Of a DNA stretch of 63,261 bases, positions 8,701-18,797 are shown piece by piece. The DNA is from a virus (lineage: Duplodnaviria > Caudoviricetes): positions 1 through 63,261 of the IMG/VR virus record IMGVR_UViG_3300026156_000001. The stretch is one strand, 5' to 3'. How positions within the stretch are numbered: position 1 is the first letter of the stretch; every line of letters begins with the position of its first letter. The position numbers were made by a program, and so were the translations under genes. Below the pieces are notes generated by a model, which worked only from the letters and a program-made list of their open reading frames with translations, did no database searches and was not told the origin of the DNA.

Positions 8701-9768
8701 ATGACTTATAAATTTGAAATATTGAATGACTGTATATTAGTCATCACCAATACAGATACCGGAGAGATAGTCTTAGACAAACCTAAGAGACTTGTTTACT
8801 ATAACGAAAAGTATTTAACCAACGAAAATAGGATCGTACTACACGACACACAACTCCCTCATAGAAACATCATAGATGAGAATATTAGGATTGAGTTTGC
8901 TGTTGATAGCACAGATACACCTTTTACAGTAAACTCTTTTCAAACATTCGCTAGAGAAAATCTAGGGATTGAGTGCGGAGGTGCTGAATGGGGAGGTATT
9001 GCAGGAGATATAGCAACACAAAGCGATTTAACCTTACAGAATGTATCTGATATAGGTAACACGACTACTAATGATATAAGTATAGGTAGCCCTGACACCC
9101 CCACCGCTAAACTTTCAGTAATAGGTACAAGCCCGGGGCAGGATTTGTTTGATGTAACGGATGATGCGGGTAATGAAATTGTTAGAACTAATAGTAACGG
9201 AACAACTTTTTTAAAAAGTTACACCTCCTCTGCTGCATTACTCGCAGAAAACACTCTTGGATTTGGTCAAGTCATTCAAATTTGGAGAGCAGGAGGGGTT
9301 GAAATAGCAAGATTAGACGGATCTGGCGTTTTTGATATGAAAGGTGGGTTTGGAGCTATTAGAGGACAACGTCTACAGTTTAATCAAATAGGTAGCCCAT
9401 TTTTTCCTAATATTTCACTAGGAGTTTCTGCTGGAGCTCCTAATATTTATTTCACAAGCGGTAATAATATTGGTTTTAGTAAAAATTCAATACAACAAGT
9501 TTTAATTAATGAGTTTGGTTTAGGTATTGGCAGAAAACAAACAGGAACAACTGGGGGTGGAGACCCTATTTTTTCTTTTGCATCAGCGACCGCTAACACA
9601 GCGTTTGTAGTTGAAAGCGATGATAAAGGAGCAAGACCAAGACCAAGAATGACCGAAGCTCAAAGACTTGCAATAGCAAGCCCAGAAATAGGAGACGAAG
9701 TATATCAAACAGACGGTACAGAGGGGGTTTATGTAAACAAATCAACAGGGTGGGTTCTCGCATATTAA
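8701..9768 (+). CDS. putative tail fibre/virion protein
   Basis: WGGIAGDIATQSDL, LQNVSDIGNTTTN, PRMTEAQRLAIASP..G..VYQTD motifs; start at 8701 after TATATTTG (8674-8681). Confidence 0.65.
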   Translation: MTYKFEILNDCILVITNTDTGEIVLDKPKRLVYYNEKYLTNENRIVLHDTQLPHRNIIDENIRIEFAVDSTDTPFTVNSFQTFARENLGIECGGAEWGGIAGDIATQSDLTLQNVSDIGNTTTNDISIGSPDTPTAKLSVIGTSPGQDLFDVTDDAGNEIVRTNSNGTTFLKSYTSSAALLAENTLGFGQVIQIWRAGGVEIARLDGSGVFDMKGGFGAIRGQRLQFNQIGSPFFPNISLGVSAGAPNIYFTSGNNIGFSKNSIQQVLINEFGLGIGRKQTGTTGGGDPIFSFASATANTAFVVESDDKGARPRPRMTEAQRLAIASPEIGDEVYQTDGTEGVYVNKSTGWVLAY

Positions 9769-9790
9769 TAAACAAATAAATCAATAAAAA

Positions 9791-10180
9791 ATGTTAGCAT
9801 CAATTATAACAGACAATGAACATGCTTTTAACTCACTTGAAAACAAAAATACAAGGTTTGTAAGGGCAATTAAAAACGAAGGGTATAGACCAACTTCCAA
9901 AGGTGCTATTGTGTATGTTTATACTTACGCATTAGTAGTAGATGAGGAAGGGAATGAAAGTCTAGTTTTAGCAAAAGATCACATGAGTACAGTTCCCTTG
10001 TTTTATACAAATGCAGAGCTTGATGCTTTTTTCTCAAGTTTTAACGACCCTATTGAGCCATCGGAAAGTTACACAGCGGAGTTCAAAAAAATACTAGAAG
10101 CGGTGCTCCTTCAAGACACTATTTCTAAAGGTTATTTTAGTGGTGATACTTGCCAGCCATATAACTATACAGGTAATTAA
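9791..10180 (+). CDS. hypothetical protein (possible fibre chaperone)
   Basis: 129 aa, directly after the fibre-like gene. Confidence 0.55.
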   Translation: MLASIITDNEHAFNSLENKNTRFVRAIKNEGYRPTSKGAIVYVYTYALVVDEEGNESLVLAKDHMSTVPLFYTNAELDAFFSSFNDPIEPSESYTAEFKKILEAVLLQDTISKGYFSGDTCQPYNYTGN

Positions 10181-10186
10181 AACACC

Positions 10187-10450
10187 ATGACTTATAAGTT
10201 CGAAATAGAAAATAATTCACTTCTCATAACAGAAGGTTCAAATCTTGTTTTGGATAGACCTAAACAACATATTTACTACAATAGTAAATATTTGTCTAAT
10301 GATATTGTAGTACTACACGATTTACAATACCCAGATAAAAACATTGTTTTATTCAAATCGGATTTAGAACACTGTGTGGATTCAACTAACACACCATTCA
10401 CTAAAAATGGATTTGTTAGTTTCGTTAGGGAAAATCTAGGGAGAAAGTAA
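10187..10450 (+). CDS. standalone paralog of the N-terminal domain of 8701-9768
   Basis: MTYKFEI...VLD.PK...YYN.KYL.N...VLHD.Q.P..NI...VDST.TPFT.N.F..F.RENLG in both. Confidence 0.75.
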   Translation: MTYKFEIENNSLLITEGSNLVLDRPKQHIYYNSKYLSNDIVVLHDLQYPDKNIVLFKSDLEHCVDSTNTPFTKNGFVSFVRENLGRK

Positions 10451-10473
10451 ATAATAACATAAAAATAATAAAC

Positions 10474-10755
10474 ATGAAAAATTTACCAATTGATAAAAAA
10501 CTACACGCAATAGTAGGATCTTATATAGGTCTGATAACCTACTTAATTATTAAAGATTTAGGTGGAATACAAGACTTATACGTAGGTGCATCGGTAGTAT
10601 TAGTTTTCCTAGCAGGTGTGGGGAAAGAACTATATGATAAAATATCTAAAAAAGGTACTCCTGATAGAAAAGACGCAGCTTACACTATTTACACTGGATG
10701 GGCTTCGATTTTACTATATCATGGATTTACAATATTAAAACAGTGGATTTTTTAA
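10474..10755 (+). CDS. small membrane protein
   Basis: DKKLH...GKELYD...D..YT pattern; about 3 hydrophobic segments. Confidence 0.65.
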   Translation: MKNLPIDKKLHAIVGSYIGLITYLIIKDLGGIQDLYVGASVVLVFLAGVGKELYDKISKKGTPDRKDAAYTIYTGWASILLYHGFTILKQWIF

Positions 10756-11189
10756 AAATAATACTGACCTTTATAATTAATGTTTTGTTATTATATATAG
10801 CAATCATTATATTACGTTTCCTTCTTTTACCTTCTATTGTAGTTGTTTTATTCGTAGCTTTTTTCAGGAGGAAATTCTCACAAGCGGTTACTAACATCGG
10901 TAACTACCTATTTAAGATCGCTTATTCAATAGATCAGCTAGGAAACGTTGTCTGCTCCGAGTTATTTAACTTAACACTCATAAAGTACAAAAAAAACTCT
11001 TATAAATTCGGTAATCCAGATGAAACCATATCTAGTGTTTTAGGCAAAAACAAACAACGAAAAACCCTCACAACACTAGGAAAATGGTTGTCGAAATTCT
11101 TGAATTTCTTGGATCGAAATCATGTAATAAAATCGATAGAAGAAGATGAAAAGGACGATAAAAATTTAAAATTAATCATCAAAAAATAA
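10698..11189 (+). CDS. membrane-anchored phage protein
   Basis: N-terminal hydrophobic helices, SIDQLGNV...FGNPDETISSVLGKN; exact start uncertain. Confidence 0.65.
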   Translation: MGFDFTISWIYNIKTVDFLKIILTFIINVLLLYIAIIILRFLLLPSIVVVLFVAFFRRKFSQAVTNIGNYLFKIAYSIDQLGNVVCSELFNLTLIKYKKNSYKFGNPDETISSVLGKNKQRKTLTTLGKWLSKFLNFLDRNHVIKSIEEDEKDDKNLKLIIKK

Positions 11190-11195
11190 AAACAA

Positions 11196-11309
11196 ATGAA
11201 ACATTCAAAACCATCAAAATCAACTACTTACCCAAAATCAAAAACAGGTGTAACACCACCAAAAAAGTCTGCGACTAAAAAAAGCAGATGTTCCTCTAAG
11301 AGGAAATAA
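11196..11309 (+). CDS. small basic peptide
   Basis: 37-aa K/S/T-rich ORF coupled by TAATG to the next gene. Confidence 0.45.
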   Translation: MKHSKPSKSTTYPKSKTGVTPPKKSATKKSRCSSKRK

Positions 11310-11677
11310 TGAACAAAAAACTTCTAATAACGGTACTAAAATTCGTTTTTTTCGTGCCGTTATTCCTCTCTTTATTCTCCGACATATTAACACATTCCAT
11401 TTCAGAAGATAGTTATTTTTATCTTTTCTTTGTTCTGAATTATACCGACATACTCATTAAAGAAGTCGGTTTTTTCATATACGCACATATCTTAAAACTC
11501 TGTAGATTAACTAAATACACTATAGGTTTGGTGTGTATAAAGACATCCCTTTTGTTAATGTGGTCTATATTTGGTTATTGTGATGAATATTTAGACGTAA
11601 CTATAGGGTATTTTAACCTCGTAATTATATCTATAATCATATATTCATTAACCAAATCTTTTAAAAATGGAAATTAA
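11309..11677 (+). CDS. multi-pass membrane protein
   Basis: About 4 hydrophobic segments. Confidence 0.6.
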   Translation: MNKKLLITVLKFVFFVPLFLSLFSDILTHSISEDSYFYLFFVLNYTDILIKEVGFFIYAHILKLCRLTKYTIGLVCIKTSLLLMWSIFGYCDEYLDVTIGYFNLVIISIIIYSLTKSFKNGN

Positions 11678-11879
11678 AGTTTTTTTATCCTGTGTTTTTT
11701 TGTTATCTCTTATCGTAATCATACTCAAAAAGGTATATAACTTGTTTAAGAGTATATTTGTATTCATAAATAAAATGGATAAGTTGTATAATTTGTTTTT
11801 TCCAAATGGTATTAGCAGTGAAGGCGAATGTATTAATAATCTTAAAAATACCCTAGAGAAACAATCAGTGAAAAATTAG
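11667..11879 (+). CDS. small membrane protein
   Basis: N-terminal TM segment. Confidence 0.5.
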   Translation: MEIKVFLSCVFLLSLIVIILKKVYNLFKSIFVFINKMDKLYNLFFPNGISSEGECINNLKNTLEKQSVKN

Positions 11880-11880
11880 T

Positions 11881-12225
11881 ATGTTACAACTAAAGGAATT
11901 TTTCGATACTATTTTTGAATTTTTAAAACCCTATGTTATTTATATTTCTGGAGGTTCTATGGGTGCTATAATGAGGGTTTTTAGGTTTAAAATGAGTTTT
12001 AAAGAAATCATCGGATCTGTTATCATTTCTATTTTTGTAGGTTTTAGTTTTGGGATATTAGCCGAAGAATACTTTAAGATAGATAAACCAGAAGTCATAT
12101 ATATTATATGCAGTATATCTGGGACGTTTAGTAAAATTATTCTCGACGAATTAGAAGAAATCATAAAAGGGTTATCTGACTTTGTTAGATCCTATTTAGA
12201 CACCAAATTTAAAATAAAAAAATGA
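11881..12225 (+). CDS. putative holin
   Basis: 3 TM-like segments, charged C-terminus, overlaps the endolysin start. Confidence 0.6.
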   Translation: MLQLKEFFDTIFEFLKPYVIYISGGSMGAIMRVFRFKMSFKEIIGSVIISIFVGFSFGILAEEYFKIDKPEVIYIICSISGTFSKIILDELEEIIKGLSDFVRSYLDTKFKIKK

Positions 12226-12644
12226 AGTACGAAACAAGACTCACAGAAAATTTTAAACTTTCTGAGTTTTTATACTCTCGTTTTTATGATGACGTTTCAC
12301 AACAGCGTGTTTTAGAAGAGTTTGAGAGAAATAAAGAATGGTTACTACCTAATATTATAGGGTTAGCTAAAAACCTTCAAATGTTAAGTTATTATATATG
12401 TTTTCCGATTATTATAAACATAGGGTATCGACCAACATTTTGGGAGATAATGCAAGGCAGAACAGGTAATAGTTTTCATGTTTTGGGTAAGGCTGCGGAT
12501 TTTCACATAGAGGAAGTATCAACAAACGATATTAAGGAAGCTATCGAGTTTTTAATTGATCAAGATTCTATGACAGAAGGAGGTTTAGGGGTGTATTCAA
12601 ACTTTGTTCATTACGATAATAGAAAAGTCAAAAAGAGATGGTAA
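12222..12644 (+). CDS. endolysin, peptidase M15 family
   Basis: LTENFKLSEF, IGYR, SFHVLGKAADF, FVHYDNR zinc-ligand pattern. Confidence 0.88.
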   Translation: MKYETRLTENFKLSEFLYSRFYDDVSQQRVLEEFERNKEWLLPNIIGLAKNLQMLSYYICFPIIINIGYRPTFWEIMQGRTGNSFHVLGKAADFHIEEVSTNDIKEAIEFLIDQDSMTEGGLGVYSNFVHYDNRKVKKRW

Positions 12645-13264
12645 ATCTAAAAAAGTTAAACAGTACGAGTATTTTTTTGTTTGTTATTTTTTCTATACTG
12701 TTATGGGACAAGTTCATAAAACCTTCTTTCGAAGAAGAGGTCGAAGAAAAAACAATTACCATAGAAGAAAAACAAGGTAGTACAGGTAAAGAGATAGTTA
12801 AAGAATATATCCCTTACCCTGTTTATTCTCATGATAAAAAAGAACAATATACAGTAGATAAAAAATTAAAAGAGGAATATGAAAAATTAAACGATTCCTT
12901 AGCTAAATACAAAAAATACTTAGAAGCGATAAAGATTAACAAATACGAGAAAACGCTAGTAGATAACGACACCATAAATATAAAAGGTAAAGCTACTACA
13001 CAAGGTAAATTACTAGACTACTCTGTCGATTACAAGATAAAATCTTTTGATTTTGAATACAAACCAGAGGTAGTTAAACGATTACCAACATTATCATTAG
13101 GTTTAGGACTAGAGACATCTATACCTACACCTACAAGCAATCAATTAATCTTTAAACCAGAATTATCTATAACCAATAGAAAAGGACACGAAATAAGTAT
13201 TGCTTATGACACAGATAACAGAGTATGGTTAGGATACACCAAACATTTCAAAATCATTAAATAA
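12638..13264 (+). CDS. membrane-anchored lysis accessory (spanin-like) protein
   Basis: N-terminal TM, coiled coil, C-terminal amphipathic beta strands; follows the endolysin. Confidence 0.5.
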   Translation: MVNLKKLNSTSIFLFVIFSILLWDKFIKPSFEEEVEEKTITIEEKQGSTGKEIVKEYIPYPVYSHDKKEQYTVDKKLKEEYEKLNDSLAKYKKYLEAIKINKYEKTLVDNDTINIKGKATTQGKLLDYSVDYKIKSFDFEYKPEVVKRLPTLSLGLGLETSIPTPTSNQLIFKPELSITNRKGHEISIAYDTDNRVWLGYTKHFKIIK

Positions 13265-15042
13265 TGGCAAGAATAAATAACACGAATAGATACCCTTTTG
13301 ATACTAACGTAACAGTAGAAGACTTCTTAATCGGTTCTGATGCAGAGATTAGTCCAGATGGAAAGTATCTAAAAACTAAGAATTATAAGATCGGAGATAT
13401 AATTTCTCTCGTTCCGACTGAAAATACAGATTCTTTTAACTATGGTTACAGATACAGTAACACTGTTGACGTAAATACCAACCCCGCTTACTTTACAATA
13501 ACGGGATCAGATGAACAAATAGAAAACATTACTTCACTAACCTTTAATAAAGTAAACAGTGAAGGTAAAGACATCTCTGATTTTTTTACTTCTATTACAG
13601 GTAATGAAAGCAATATCGTTTTTAACATTACCGACGGAACAGAAGATAACTTTGGATTTTTCAAACCTGTAGCAGTAACTAATCCCACCACCGACACGTT
13701 TAACGTAACAGTAACACCCATAGGTTCACTTCAAAAAGGATCTTTAACAGAAGGTCAAATATACACCTCTACTTTCGCAGTAAACGGTGCTTCTGGTGCT
13801 GGATCAACTGACTATGTTTCTAATGTAGCTTTTGATGGTAGTAATTTGAACTTTACAGGAGTTGGTAATGCTTTTGGGTCATCTGTCGATTTGAGTTCTT
13901 TAGATAACAACAACTATATATCCAATGTAAATTTTAATACCTCTACGAATAACCTTGAATTCACAGGAGTAGGTAGCGGATTTAATGGAAACGAAAGTTT
14001 AGCATCTCTATTAAACCCTTGGGATAATATCGACGGAACACCCGCTAATCAATCTAGTACAGATATTAATCATAACGGGGGTAACGTAGGGATTGGTTTA
14101 GCTGTTTCTACAACTCCAGACGCAGATCTCCATATTAAGTCTAATAGCGTAACTGTTACCGATTTAATTCTTCAAACAGAATTACAAACAGGAGAAATTT
14201 CTCTAAAGGTTGATAATAACGGTAGTGTTTGGAATAGTGGTAAAACAGGAACCGTAGGTAATACTTTCTTTGGTTTTGATTCTGGTACACCTACAAGTTT
14301 TAGTTGTAGTTTTTTTGGATTCAGGACAGGTGTAGTAAATAGTACAGGGAATAATAACTCTTTCTTTGGTACTAGCTCAGGAAGCGATAATACTACAGGA
14401 AGTGGTAATAGTTTTTTTGGTGATTTATCGGGAACTAATAACACAATAGGAAACAATAATAGTTTTTTTGGAAGTAAAGCAGGTAAGGATAATATAGGTG
14501 GTTTTTTTAACTCTTTTTATGGTTATTTTTCAGGTTCTAGTAATACATCGGGACAGTTTAATACTTTTTATGGAGGTAATTCTGGATTAAATAATGTAGA
14601 TGGTAATAATAATACCTTTTTAGGTTTTCAATCCTCAGACTTTTTTACAACTGGTAGTAATAACATAAGTATAGGTGCTAATGCTGCTCGTCAAGATAGT
14701 TTGTTAGTAAACTTAACTAGCGCTAACCAATCAATATTCCTAGGTAATAACACCAAACCATTAGCTAACGGAGGAACTAACGAAGTAGTTATCGGATACA
14801 ACGCAGTAGGGAACGGCTCTAACACAATTACTTTAGGTAATACATCAAACGTAAGAACTTATAATAAAGGTGTAAACAACGTATCAAACGCATATACAGT
14901 AACGACACTACCAACAGGAGTACGTGGAGATGTTGCATACGTAACAGATGCTAATTTTATCTCATATAGAGCAACAGCTTCTGGCGGTGGATCTGACACA
15001 GCTTTAGTTTTCTTTGACGGAACGAATTGGATATATCATTAA
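13264..15042 (+). CDS. tail fibre / receptor-binding protein
   Basis: About nine 14-aa N(S/T)F(F/Y)G repeats (YadA-head-like beta roll); G/N/S/T rich; C-terminal DGTNW. Confidence 0.75.
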   Translation: MARINNTNRYPFDTNVTVEDFLIGSDAEISPDGKYLKTKNYKIGDIISLVPTENTDSFNYGYRYSNTVDVNTNPAYFTITGSDEQIENITSLTFNKVNSEGKDISDFFTSITGNESNIVFNITDGTEDNFGFFKPVAVTNPTTDTFNVTVTPIGSLQKGSLTEGQIYTSTFAVNGASGAGSTDYVSNVAFDGSNLNFTGVGNAFGSSVDLSSLDNNNYISNVNFNTSTNNLEFTGVGSGFNGNESLASLLNPWDNIDGTPANQSSTDINHNGGNVGIGLAVSTTPDADLHIKSNSVTVTDLILQTELQTGEISLKVDNNGSVWNSGKTGTVGNTFFGFDSGTPTSFSCSFFGFRTGVVNSTGNNNSFFGTSSGSDNTTGSGNSFFGDLSGTNNTIGNNNSFFGSKAGKDNIGGFFNSFYGYFSGSSNTSGQFNTFYGGNSGLNNVDGNNNTFLGFQSSDFFTTGSNNISIGANAARQDSLLVNLTSANQSIFLGNNTKPLANGGTNEVVIGYNAVGNGSNTITLGNTSNVRTYNKGVNNVSNAYTVTTLPTGVRGDVAYVTDANFISYRATASGGGSDTALVFFDGTNWIYH

Positions 15043-15073
15043 AAATAAATATAAACTTTAAATTAAATAAATC

Positions 15074-15262
15074 ATGATTACATTAAAAGATCTTATCGTT
15101 ACAGCTCTTGCTGTACTAGGAGGAATTAGCGACATTAATTGGATAGACGTACCTTATTGGGTTTATGCCGTGTTGTTCGCAACATACACTATTAGTAGAG
15201 TATCAGGAAGAACAAAGAAGATCAAAGACATCAAAGGGGACACTTTACTAGGTTCTAAGTAG
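15074..15262 (+). CDS. small membrane protein
   Basis: 62 aa, two hydrophobic segments. Confidence 0.55.
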   Translation: MITLKDLIVTALAVLGGISDINWIDVPYWVYAVLFATYTISRVSGRTKKIKDIKGDTLLGSK

Positions 15263-15286
15263 ATCATAAACCATAAATCAAATAAA

Positions 15287-15535
15287 ATGAACGATATAAG
15301 AAAAATATCGGTTGGTAAAGACTACCCTAATAGTTCTATACACTTCCAAGTAGGTAAAAAAATAAGGTTACAGTACAAAGAATACACCGTCCACGAGATA
15401 TCTATCAATGAAGATTTACTGAAAGAAGGCTCATACGCTTATGATATTTACTTACGCGATGAAGATGCAGTTGTGTTCTGGAAGACTATCAAAGATATGC
15501 CTGTTGTTATTGAAAATAATATAAATTTTGAATGA
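15287..15535 (+). CDS. hypothetical protein
   Basis: IRKISVGKDY...WK...MPVVIE pattern, recalled upstream of GroES-like/terminase genes in related phages. Confidence 0.7.
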   Translation: MNDIRKISVGKDYPNSSIHFQVGKKIRLQYKEYTVHEISINEDLLKEGSYAYDIYLRDEDAVVFWKTIKDMPVVIENNINFE

Positions 15536-16107
15536 GAAGTATAAATTATATTATCGTAGAATTAGACACACCTTATTTAAACGAAGTAGAATTATCAGAT
15601 GGTAGTTCTTTTATAGTAAACTCTACGATAGAAAACGTGGATTATATTAATCGTGTAGCTACCGTTGCAGAAGCACCAGATTATACGATACTAAAAAAAG
15701 GTGATAAAATAATAGCTCATCATAATATTTTCAGATTAAGAAACGGAATCAAAGGTGAAAGATTAGATAGTAATTTTTTCATAGAAAACAATAAATACTT
15801 TGTACCATTAACTGAAATATTCATGTATGATTCAGGTAATGGTTGGGAAGCTATTGATCCTTTTTGTTTTGTAAAACCAATTAAAAAAGAATTAGAAGGT
15901 GAGTTTCAATTATCACTTTCCGAATGTAGTTATAAAGGTAATGTAAATCAACAAGGTATTTTGTGGTTTACTAACAATAGTCTTAGAGAACAAGGTGTTA
16001 AAAAGGGAGATAGGGTATTTTTTCGTAAGTATAGCGAGTATGAGTTTACTATAGATGGAGACATGTACTATAAAATGAAAACAACAGATATATTAGTGAA
16101 GAAATGA
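15532..16107 (+). CDS. tandem GroES-like co-chaperonin
   Basis: Two GroES-like units: ATVAEAP..LKKGDKII and FVKPI...GIL...VKKGDRVFF.KYSEYEFTIDGDMYYKMKTTDI. Confidence 0.7.
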   Translation: MRSINYIIVELDTPYLNEVELSDGSSFIVNSTIENVDYINRVATVAEAPDYTILKKGDKIIAHHNIFRLRNGIKGERLDSNFFIENNKYFVPLTEIFMYDSGNGWEAIDPFCFVKPIKKELEGEFQLSLSECSYKGNVNQQGILWFTNNSLREQGVKKGDRVFFRKYSEYEFTIDGDMYYKMKTTDILVKK

Positions 16108-18797
16108 AAGGATTATCAAAAGAAATAGAGTTAGCATTAAATACTATTATTGAAGGTCTTAATTATAATTTCTTTTCTTCTGATGGAACTAATAAATCTC
16201 AAAAGGCTTCTGATATAGCAGACTATGTAAAAGAATTAGAACCAGAGAAGATGAAAAAGATTATGGAATCTAAAACATCTTCTTTTAATTCTGCTAAGAA
16301 AATACTAGACAAATGGATAGGATCTCCCAATGCCCCTAGTAAAGAAACTATTCGTAAATACATCAACAGTGTTATTAAAGCAGGAGAATCAGCACTTAAA
16401 ACATTAAGAATAGCATTATCTGTAAATATAGATTTTGATGAGTTAGACGCACATAAACATGACGCTGCAATCAAAGCAAAACCTATTATCTTAGAATCTA
16501 TATTTGATTTATCCTCTTCTATAGATGAATTAAAAGGAAAAATAGAATCTGACGACCTTACGTTTACAGAATCGGAGTTTGAAGTAGGTTTCCCTGAAAA
16601 ATTTGCCAGAGGTGAACTTATCCCTTTAAATGATTATCATAAAAATTGGTACAATGAAGAAAAAGACGCCGTGAGAATATGTCCTTTTTCTACAAAAGGT
16701 AATATAATCACCATTCATAATTTAAACATTCAACTACCCACATTACCTAAAAAGAAATCAGATATTCTTTTTTATAAAAAACCAAAAGAGAAACAGTTTT
16801 GGCAAAGACTAGAAGTACCTAAGATAAGTAATGATAACAAAGAGCAATGGATTGATTACATAAAAGAAGAGTATAGAAGAAGAAAAGAAGGTGTTTGGTT
16901 TTATAATAACGGAGAACCTGTTTACCTAACTGGTAATCATTACTTTGCATTACAATGGTGCAAGATGTTAGATACAGGTACGTACATGGATTTCAGATAC
17001 GCACAACTGAATATGTTTTACCACCTAGAAGCCTGTATTGTCGATAGTAGGTGTCTAGGACAACTATTTGTCAAATCCAGACGTACAGGGTTTACTTTTT
17101 CAGTTCTCGCTATCATGCTGAATAGTTCTACGTCCACTAGGAATAACAACTTCGGAATGACTTCTAAGTCCAATACCGATGCATCCAAAGCGTTTTTAAA
17201 GTATAGGTATATGTTATTAAACCTACCATTCTTTTTTCTCCCTTTGATCAAAGGTAAGTTAGATTCTCCTAACATGTTTGAGTTTTCTATGCCTGCCGAT
17301 AGCTCAAAAGAAGCTAAGAAAAAAAGAGAGAGTAATACTGACTTGTTCCTTAATAATTTAGTTGATTATCAGCCAACTACTAACGATTCTTATGATGGTC
17401 AAGCCATGTTTATGTATCTTGGGGATGAAGCTGGAAAATGGGAAAAGCCACATGATTACCTAAGTCACTTGGGTCAAATAACTCCTACTATGTTACAAGG
17501 AGGTAACGTTGTAGGAAAAGCATTCATTGGTTCTACGGTAGGGGGTATGAAAAAAGGAGGAGAACAATTTAAAGAAATATATGAATCATCTAATGTAAGA
17601 GAAAGAAATAAAATTACACAAATGACAAGTTCGGGTTTGTATAGTTATTTTTTACCTGCTCAGGACAATATGGAAGCATATACAGATATATATGGTGTTT
17701 GTCATAAAACCAAACCTAAGAACAAAACACTTAACGCAAAAGGTGTAGAAATAAAATCTGGCTCTGTTGATCATCTTTTATCAGAGGAAAAACAAAAGAA
17801 AAAACAAAATGACATATCTCTAAATGAACAATTTAGAGCGTATCCTAGAACTATCGAACACGCATTCAGAGATGAAGCAAGCAACAGTCCTTTTAATATT
17901 ACTAAAATATACGAACAATTAGAATATAATAAATCTTTACCAGATACAGAGAAATATACAGTTGGTAATTTTGATTGGTCTGATGGTATAGATTCAGACG
18001 TGGTATTTCACCCCAATAGTTCGGGTAGGTTTAAAATATCATGGTTACCTTCCGAAGTAGATGGTACACTACACTTTAGAAACAACGTTAGAGAACACAA
18101 TGGTTATTTTTATCCAAATAACAAAGATTTAGTAAGGTTTGGTGCCGACCCGTTTTCGTACAAATCAACACACGGTAAAGGTTCAAAAGGGGGCATACAC
18201 GGTAAAACATTACTTTTGTCAGAAGGTAATGCACCTAATAATAAGTTTGTTGTGGAGTATATAGCAAGACCCCCAGACGAAACAATATTTTTTGAAGATG
18301 CAATCAAGTGTGTTAGGTTTTATGGATCACCTATTCTTGTGGAAAGCAACAAGAAAGATTTACTAAGACATATGCTTAATAGAGGTTATAGAGGTTTTTG
18401 TATGAATAGGTTAGACAGACCAAAACATAAATTAAACCCTGACGAAATAAAGTATGGTGGACAAATGATGGCAGGTAAAGATATACTAGACTCTCATATA
18501 TCTGCTATAGGTACATGGATTCAAAATTATGTTGGTGTTTATAATGACGACATTAATAAAGTTAGAAATAACGGAGACATGGGTGATATGCCTTTTGAAG
18601 AAACATTAAAAGATTGGCTAGCTTTCGATCCAGACAAAAGAACAGATTTTGACGCTACTATATCTAGTGGTTTAGCAATTATGGCTTGTATGGAGTTTAA
18701 GTATAAAGGAGATAAAGAAAAACATAAGAAGAAGATAGATATTAGCTCTTATATTAAAAAGTACGATAACACAGGTAATATCGGTAGATTAATATGA
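16104..18797 (+). CDS. terL: terminase large subunit with long N-terminal extension
   Basis: VKSRRTGFT Walker A, YLGDEAGKW Walker B, GST motif III, FGADPF and LVESNK nuclease motifs. Confidence 0.9.
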   Translation: MKGLSKEIELALNTIIEGLNYNFFSSDGTNKSQKASDIADYVKELEPEKMKKIMESKTSSFNSAKKILDKWIGSPNAPSKETIRKYINSVIKAGESALKTLRIALSVNIDFDELDAHKHDAAIKAKPIILESIFDLSSSIDELKGKIESDDLTFTESEFEVGFPEKFARGELIPLNDYHKNWYNEEKDAVRICPFSTKGNIITIHNLNIQLPTLPKKKSDILFYKKPKEKQFWQRLEVPKISNDNKEQWIDYIKEEYRRRKEGVWFYNNGEPVYLTGNHYFALQWCKMLDTGTYMDFRYAQLNMFYHLEACIVDSRCLGQLFVKSRRTGFTFSVLAIMLNSSTSTRNNNFGMTSKSNTDASKAFLKYRYMLLNLPFFFLPLIKGKLDSPNMFEFSMPADSSKEAKKKRESNTDLFLNNLVDYQPTTNDSYDGQAMFMYLGDEAGKWEKPHDYLSHLGQITPTMLQGGNVVGKAFIGSTVGGMKKGGEQFKEIYESSNVRERNKITQMTSSGLYSYFLPAQDNMEAYTDIYGVCHKTKPKNKTLNAKGVEIKSGSVDHLLSEEKQKKKQNDISLNEQFRAYPRTIEHAFRDEASNSPFNITKIYEQLEYNKSLPDTEKYTVGNFDWSDGIDSDVVFHPNSSGRFKISWLPSEVDGTLHFRNNVREHNGYFYPNNKDLVRFGADPFSYKSTHGKGSKGGIHGKTLLLSEGNAPNNKFVVEYIARPPDETIFFEDAIKCVRFYGSPILVESNKKDLLRHMLNRGYRGFCMNRLDRPKHKLNPDEIKYGGQMMAGKDILDSHISAIGTWIQNYVGVYNDDINKVRNNGDMGDMPFEETLKDWLAFDPDKRTDFDATISSGLAIMACMEFKYKGDKEKHKKKIDISSYIKKYDNTGNIGRLI

